Shown here: positions 60,311-64,000 of the stretch, piece after piece | Position numbering within the stretch: the first letter of the stretch is position 1 | Layout: each line of letters begins with the position of its first letter | Assembly (NCBI GenBank): GCA_965197475.1 | Contig: CBDANF010000002.1 | Span: 1,344,001-1,408,000 of the forward strand | DNA from: Candidatus Poribacteria bacterium | GTDB taxonomy: Bacteria; Poribacteria; WGA-4E; WGA-3G | Length of the DNA: 64,000 nucleotides | Reading direction: 5' to 3' | Made by a program: the position numbers and the translations under genes | Notes under the pieces: model-generated | Databases searched by the model: none | Told to the model about the DNA's origin: nothing | What the model saw: the letters and a program-made list of their open reading frames with translations, nothing else

Positions 60311-61610
60311 ATGTCTCAACGCGATGCGTATATAACCTTCATTAACGAGTTTAAAACGGTTTCACCGACGATCTCCGAAGAACAACGCAAAGGATTACTT
60401 CGTCGAGCAGTACAACAGCATGAGCTTTCTGTTGATGAAGCGTTTGAAATTCTGAATGCATCTGGATTGGTTATCGGTGAGCGGATAGATTATTTTGAGG
60501 TACTCGGTTTATCAATCTCAGATATTGAAACCCAAAGTGAATCGACTATTGTCAATAGCGTTGAGGTTGCACACAAAAAACTGTATACTGCTTCATTAAT
60601 GGCAGGTGGTCGCCCTCGCGCCGATGGTAGAACAGAGGAGCAATGGCGAATGCTTCTAAATCAAGCGCGTGAGACCTTGATTGATCCCCATAAAAGGCGC
60701 GAATACGTTGCTATGCTACAGCACGATGAGGCGGACTCGCTTTTAGAAGAGAAGCACCTCCTACCTTTGAACTATCTGATGTTGACAAAACAGACAGTCT
60801 GGAGTTAAGTCGTCAGATCGTTCCACCTGATGTGAATGTGCCGACTGACATGGTGTTCATCCCCGCAGGCGAGTTCCGAATGGGAAGCGATGACGCAGAA
60901 GCAAACGAAGACGAACATCCAATACACACTGTTTTTTTCAACGCGTTCCTTATGGATAAATACCCAGTGACCAATTCGGAATTTAAGGAATTTCTCAATG
61001 TTAACCCGCAGTGGCGGAAGCCAGAGTCATTCAAAGACTGTATTCCTATGGCTTATCACGATGGTGGCTACCTTAGTCACTGGGGCGACGAAACCTACCC
61101 GTACGGTAAAGGCGATCATCCGGTCACTCAGGTGAGTTGGTATGCAGCGATGGCTTACACACAATGGGTAGGTAAACGCCTGCCGACAGAGGCAGAGTGG
61201 GAAAAAGCTGCACGGGGAGGTTTCGTCGGGAAGAAGTATCCGTGGGGCGATTCTATGGATTCTAATACGCAAAGTAACACCTATAATTTAGACGATGCCA
61301 TCACGGTTGGCAGTTATTCTGCCAACAGATACGGTCTATATGACATGAGTGGCAACGTATGGGAGTGGTGCCTTGATGCGTATGATGCGGATTTCTATGT
61401 GAGTTCCCCACATAGAATCCATTTTCAGGTGTGAACAGCGTGGAGTGGGTCGTAGAACATTTCAGAAGTGTTAAGATTTCTCGCGTACTACGTGGAGGTC
61501 CTTGGGGCGTTGATTCTCAAGGTGCGCGGGTCTCTCACCGATTCAGAAGTAGTCCCACTGACACACTTCCTACTTTCGGATTTCGCTGTGCAATGGATAT
61601 TACATCATAA
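60311..61610 (+). CDS. Helical + J-like + FGE-sulfatase domain protein, copy 2 (frameshifts near 60750 and 61416)
   Basis: ORFs 60311-60808 and 60832-61434 plus a third-frame tail '...RVLRGGPW...FGFRCAMDITS*' reconstruct a paralogue of copy 1. Confidence 0.82.
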
Positions 61611-61670
61611 TGTATGTTTTTAACCTTTAACGCTGTTGTAAACCTGACTGACCATGTAAGGTAAACACAC

Positions 61671-63024
61671 ATGTCAAAACGTGATGAATTCATTGAGGTC
61701 ATAAACACCTTCAAAACTGTTTCTCTGAGTATTACAGATATACAACGGCGAGGGCTGCTGAAACAAGCGGTCCAGAATTACGCCCTTTCTGTTGAGGAAG
61801 CCTCAGAAATTCTGAAGTCTCTGGGGATGGTAGTCGGAGAAGAGGTAAACTATTTTGAAGTATTGGGTCTTTCAATAGAGAAGATTCAAGGGTTAGACGA
61901 ACAAACTATTGTGAACGTTGTTGAGGCATCTCACGATGAGTGTTATAGAACGTCATTGCGTGCGGGCGCGCATTCGTCCTGATGGTAAAACAGAAGAACA
62001 GTGGCGTAATATTCTGAACCAAGCACGTGATACCTTAATAGATGCCCAAAAGCGGCGAGAATACGTGGCGACATTCCTGCTACAAGCAGACGTATTAGCA
62101 GAAATATCTCTACCGCAAGATCGACCTCTTTCCGAAAATGAATTTCAGGACATAGAACCGATACCTTCAAATATCCCAGAACCAACGGTTCCAAATGCAG
62201 AAACGGATATAACTCCTGCAAGTGATCTTGAAACTGCCTCAAGTCCCGACATAACACGAGTGCCTCCTAATATTGATGCACCTACTGATATGGTGCTTAT
62301 TCCGGCAGGTGAGTTTCAGATGGGCAGCCAGGACGAAGATGCAAATGGCACCGAAAGGCGTGTGCATTCACTTTTCGTAGAAGCGTTTCTTATTGACAAA
62401 TATCCTGTTACCAATGCACAATATAAGATTTTTCTGGATGCGAATCCTCAGTGGCAGAAAAAGAGGATTGTTGAAATTTATCACGACGGGAACTACTTAA
62501 TAACTTGGAGTGGAAACAACTACCCTCGAGGTAAAGCAGACTATCCGGTAGTTGATGTGAGTTGGTATGCAGCAATGGCTTATACACAATGGTCTGGCAA
62601 GCGTTTGCCAACGGAAGCAGAATGGGAGAAAACCGCACGCGGTGGATTAGTTGGGAAAATATACCCATGGGGTGATGAAATTGATATGAGCATGGCGAAT
62701 TTTGGGATGCATGTCGGAAAAACAACACTTATTGGGAAGTATCCGCCTAACGACTACGGTGTATATGACATGGTGGGTAATGTGTGGGAATGGTGCCTTG
62801 ATGAATATGATCACAGCTCACAACGTCCAAACCCCGGTTTAATTGTTGACAGTATTAGTGAAATCACCAATAATTTTTTGAGTATTGAAACTTCTCGTGT
62901 AGTACGGGGCGGTTCTTGGGCAAGTAGCGAACGTGCCGCGCAAGTCGCTTACTGCGGGTGGGCTGCTCCAATTGTTACATACTACAGCTACGGGCTTCGA
63001 TGTGTAAAAGACACCACCTCTTAA
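61671..63024 (+). CDS. Helical + J-like + FGE-sulfatase domain protein, copy 3 (frameshift near 61970)
   Basis: ORFs 61671-61982 and 61918-63024 join at a GC dinucleotide run to give SLRAGARIRPDG; Pro/acidic linker; full FGE domain. Confidence 0.82.
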
Positions 63025-63329
63025 ATCACTTTCCTTTAGATATATTACATCTCCCATTGAACATATAAAGATTCTACGAAGTTAAGAGAATCTTCCCTTA
63101 TTTACTGTTTTGCCTCATCCTATGCTGCAATTCGGTTATTCAATACAAGTCTACCACTCCGTTTAGAATTCCACATCGGAAAGGAGTAAAAGATGCAACT
63201 TTTTCTGGTGACAAAAGGCATTGATGGAGATACTTTGAAGTCAGTTCTAAAATTCTTTGTAACTTTGCGCTAAATGGTTCACTCGGTAAGTATTTGAGTT
63301 ATATTTTCCATGCTGGTGCCATAAGCACC

Positions 63330-63728
63330 TAATACCAAATTAACGGGATTAGTCTTATTTTTCTGGGCAGACAGCGCGCTTACAAAGCGCGCCTACCGAA
63401 TGGGATCAAGTTAATTTGGTATAATACCATATCTAATTGACGATTTGTCATAATAACCTGTAGGTTGGATAGAGTTTACGAAACCCAACAACTGAATGGC
63501 AAATAGGGTTTCGCTCCGATCTACCCTTATGTGTCAATTTAAGGATTTTCCGAATATGAGAAATGCTCTTCAGTCCCGTAGGGACTAAATATAGGACAGT
63601 CTCAATCATCATGTCTATTGAGAAGTGTTCATAATAACACGGACATTTTCTAAAGTTGACACATAAGGGTTTCGCTTTGATCTACCCAACCTACGAACTA
63701 ATGCAATATAATCACTTAGAAATGGTAT
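63330..63728. mobile_element. Stacked MITEs: inverted 93-bp family copy (63330-63423) followed by an element with IS630-B-like ends (63424-63728)
   Basis: ataccatatctaattga...ttagaaatggtat ends; interior resembles the repeats at 37600-37845. Confidence 0.7.
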
Positions 63729-63734
63729 AATGTG

Positions 63735-63874
63735 TGCATTACGAAATGCGGTGATCAGTCTTTCGCGCACATCTGGATACACTGAAATAGCATATTCACT
63801 CCGATATTTTGCCGCACATCCAGAGCAAGCACTCAAACTCATCGGGAGAGATACCGAAAATTGAATGGCTCTGA
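63735..63874 (+). pseudogene. 3' end of an ISAs1 family transposase
   Basis: Reads ALRNAVISLSRTSGYTEIAYSLRYFAAHPEQALKLIG, parallel to the tail of the remnant at 27060-27170. Confidence 0.6.
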
Positions 63875-64000
63875 AGATATTAGGACAGAATCTAAGCAAA
63901 ATGCGTGGGTTTTCCATCAAGACTAGTGCTATTGCTTTCTTCCCAATATGTCTTTAAGCCTTCTTTGCCTTTCTTTGCTGCCCAAGTGTTTAACGCTTTT

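Noticed and set aside
59025-63024. Complete diversity-generating retroelement
   Set aside because: FGE domains are typical targets, but no reverse transcriptase, accessory gene or near-identical template repeat is visible in the window.
59025-63024. True sulfatase-maturing formylglycine-generating enzymes (a sulfatase remnant lies nearby)
   Set aside because: The catalytic cysteine pair after RGGS is absent in all three copies.
63615-63920. 101-aa minus-strand ORF
   Set aside because: Spans MITE sequence and the antisense of an ISAs1 remnant.
1-64000. rRNA, tRNA or prophage genes
   Set aside because: None recognised; dedicated scans could not be run.

Overview
A 64-kb bacterial chromosomal segment. 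The gene repertoire (several Gfo/Idh/MocA oxidoreductases, phytanoyl-CoA-dioxygenase-family proteins, DUF1080, a DUF6785-type membrane protein, a WD40 remnant, secreted proteins ending in a K-[LI]-x-x-T-W-G-x-L-K motif) suggests Candidatus Poribacteria; this is an inference, not a database result. Core-like genes include purF, purM, a UPF0182 protein, a TrmH-family methyltransferase, an aminotransferase and a TonB/DUF5916/three-TonB-dependent-receptor cluster. The window is rich in mobile DNA: two IS630, one IS1 with an 8-bp target duplication, a 2.3-kb IS1595 element carrying three passenger genes, ISAs1 remnants and several MITE/REP families, one of which interrupts a membrane-protein gene in frame. 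The best candidate for an undescribed system is the operon at 56637-63024: grpE-like, a lid-less Hsp70, then three paralogues that fuse a helical domain and a non-canonical J-like domain (R-x-D where HPD is expected) to non-catalytic FGE-sulfatase (C-type-lectin-fold) domains with divergent C-terminal binding segments. It looks like a dedicated Hsp70 machine with interchangeable target-recognition adaptors. Several genes contain 1-2 nt deletions that may be long-read assembly errors. No rRNA, tRNA, CRISPR array or reverse transcriptase was recognised.
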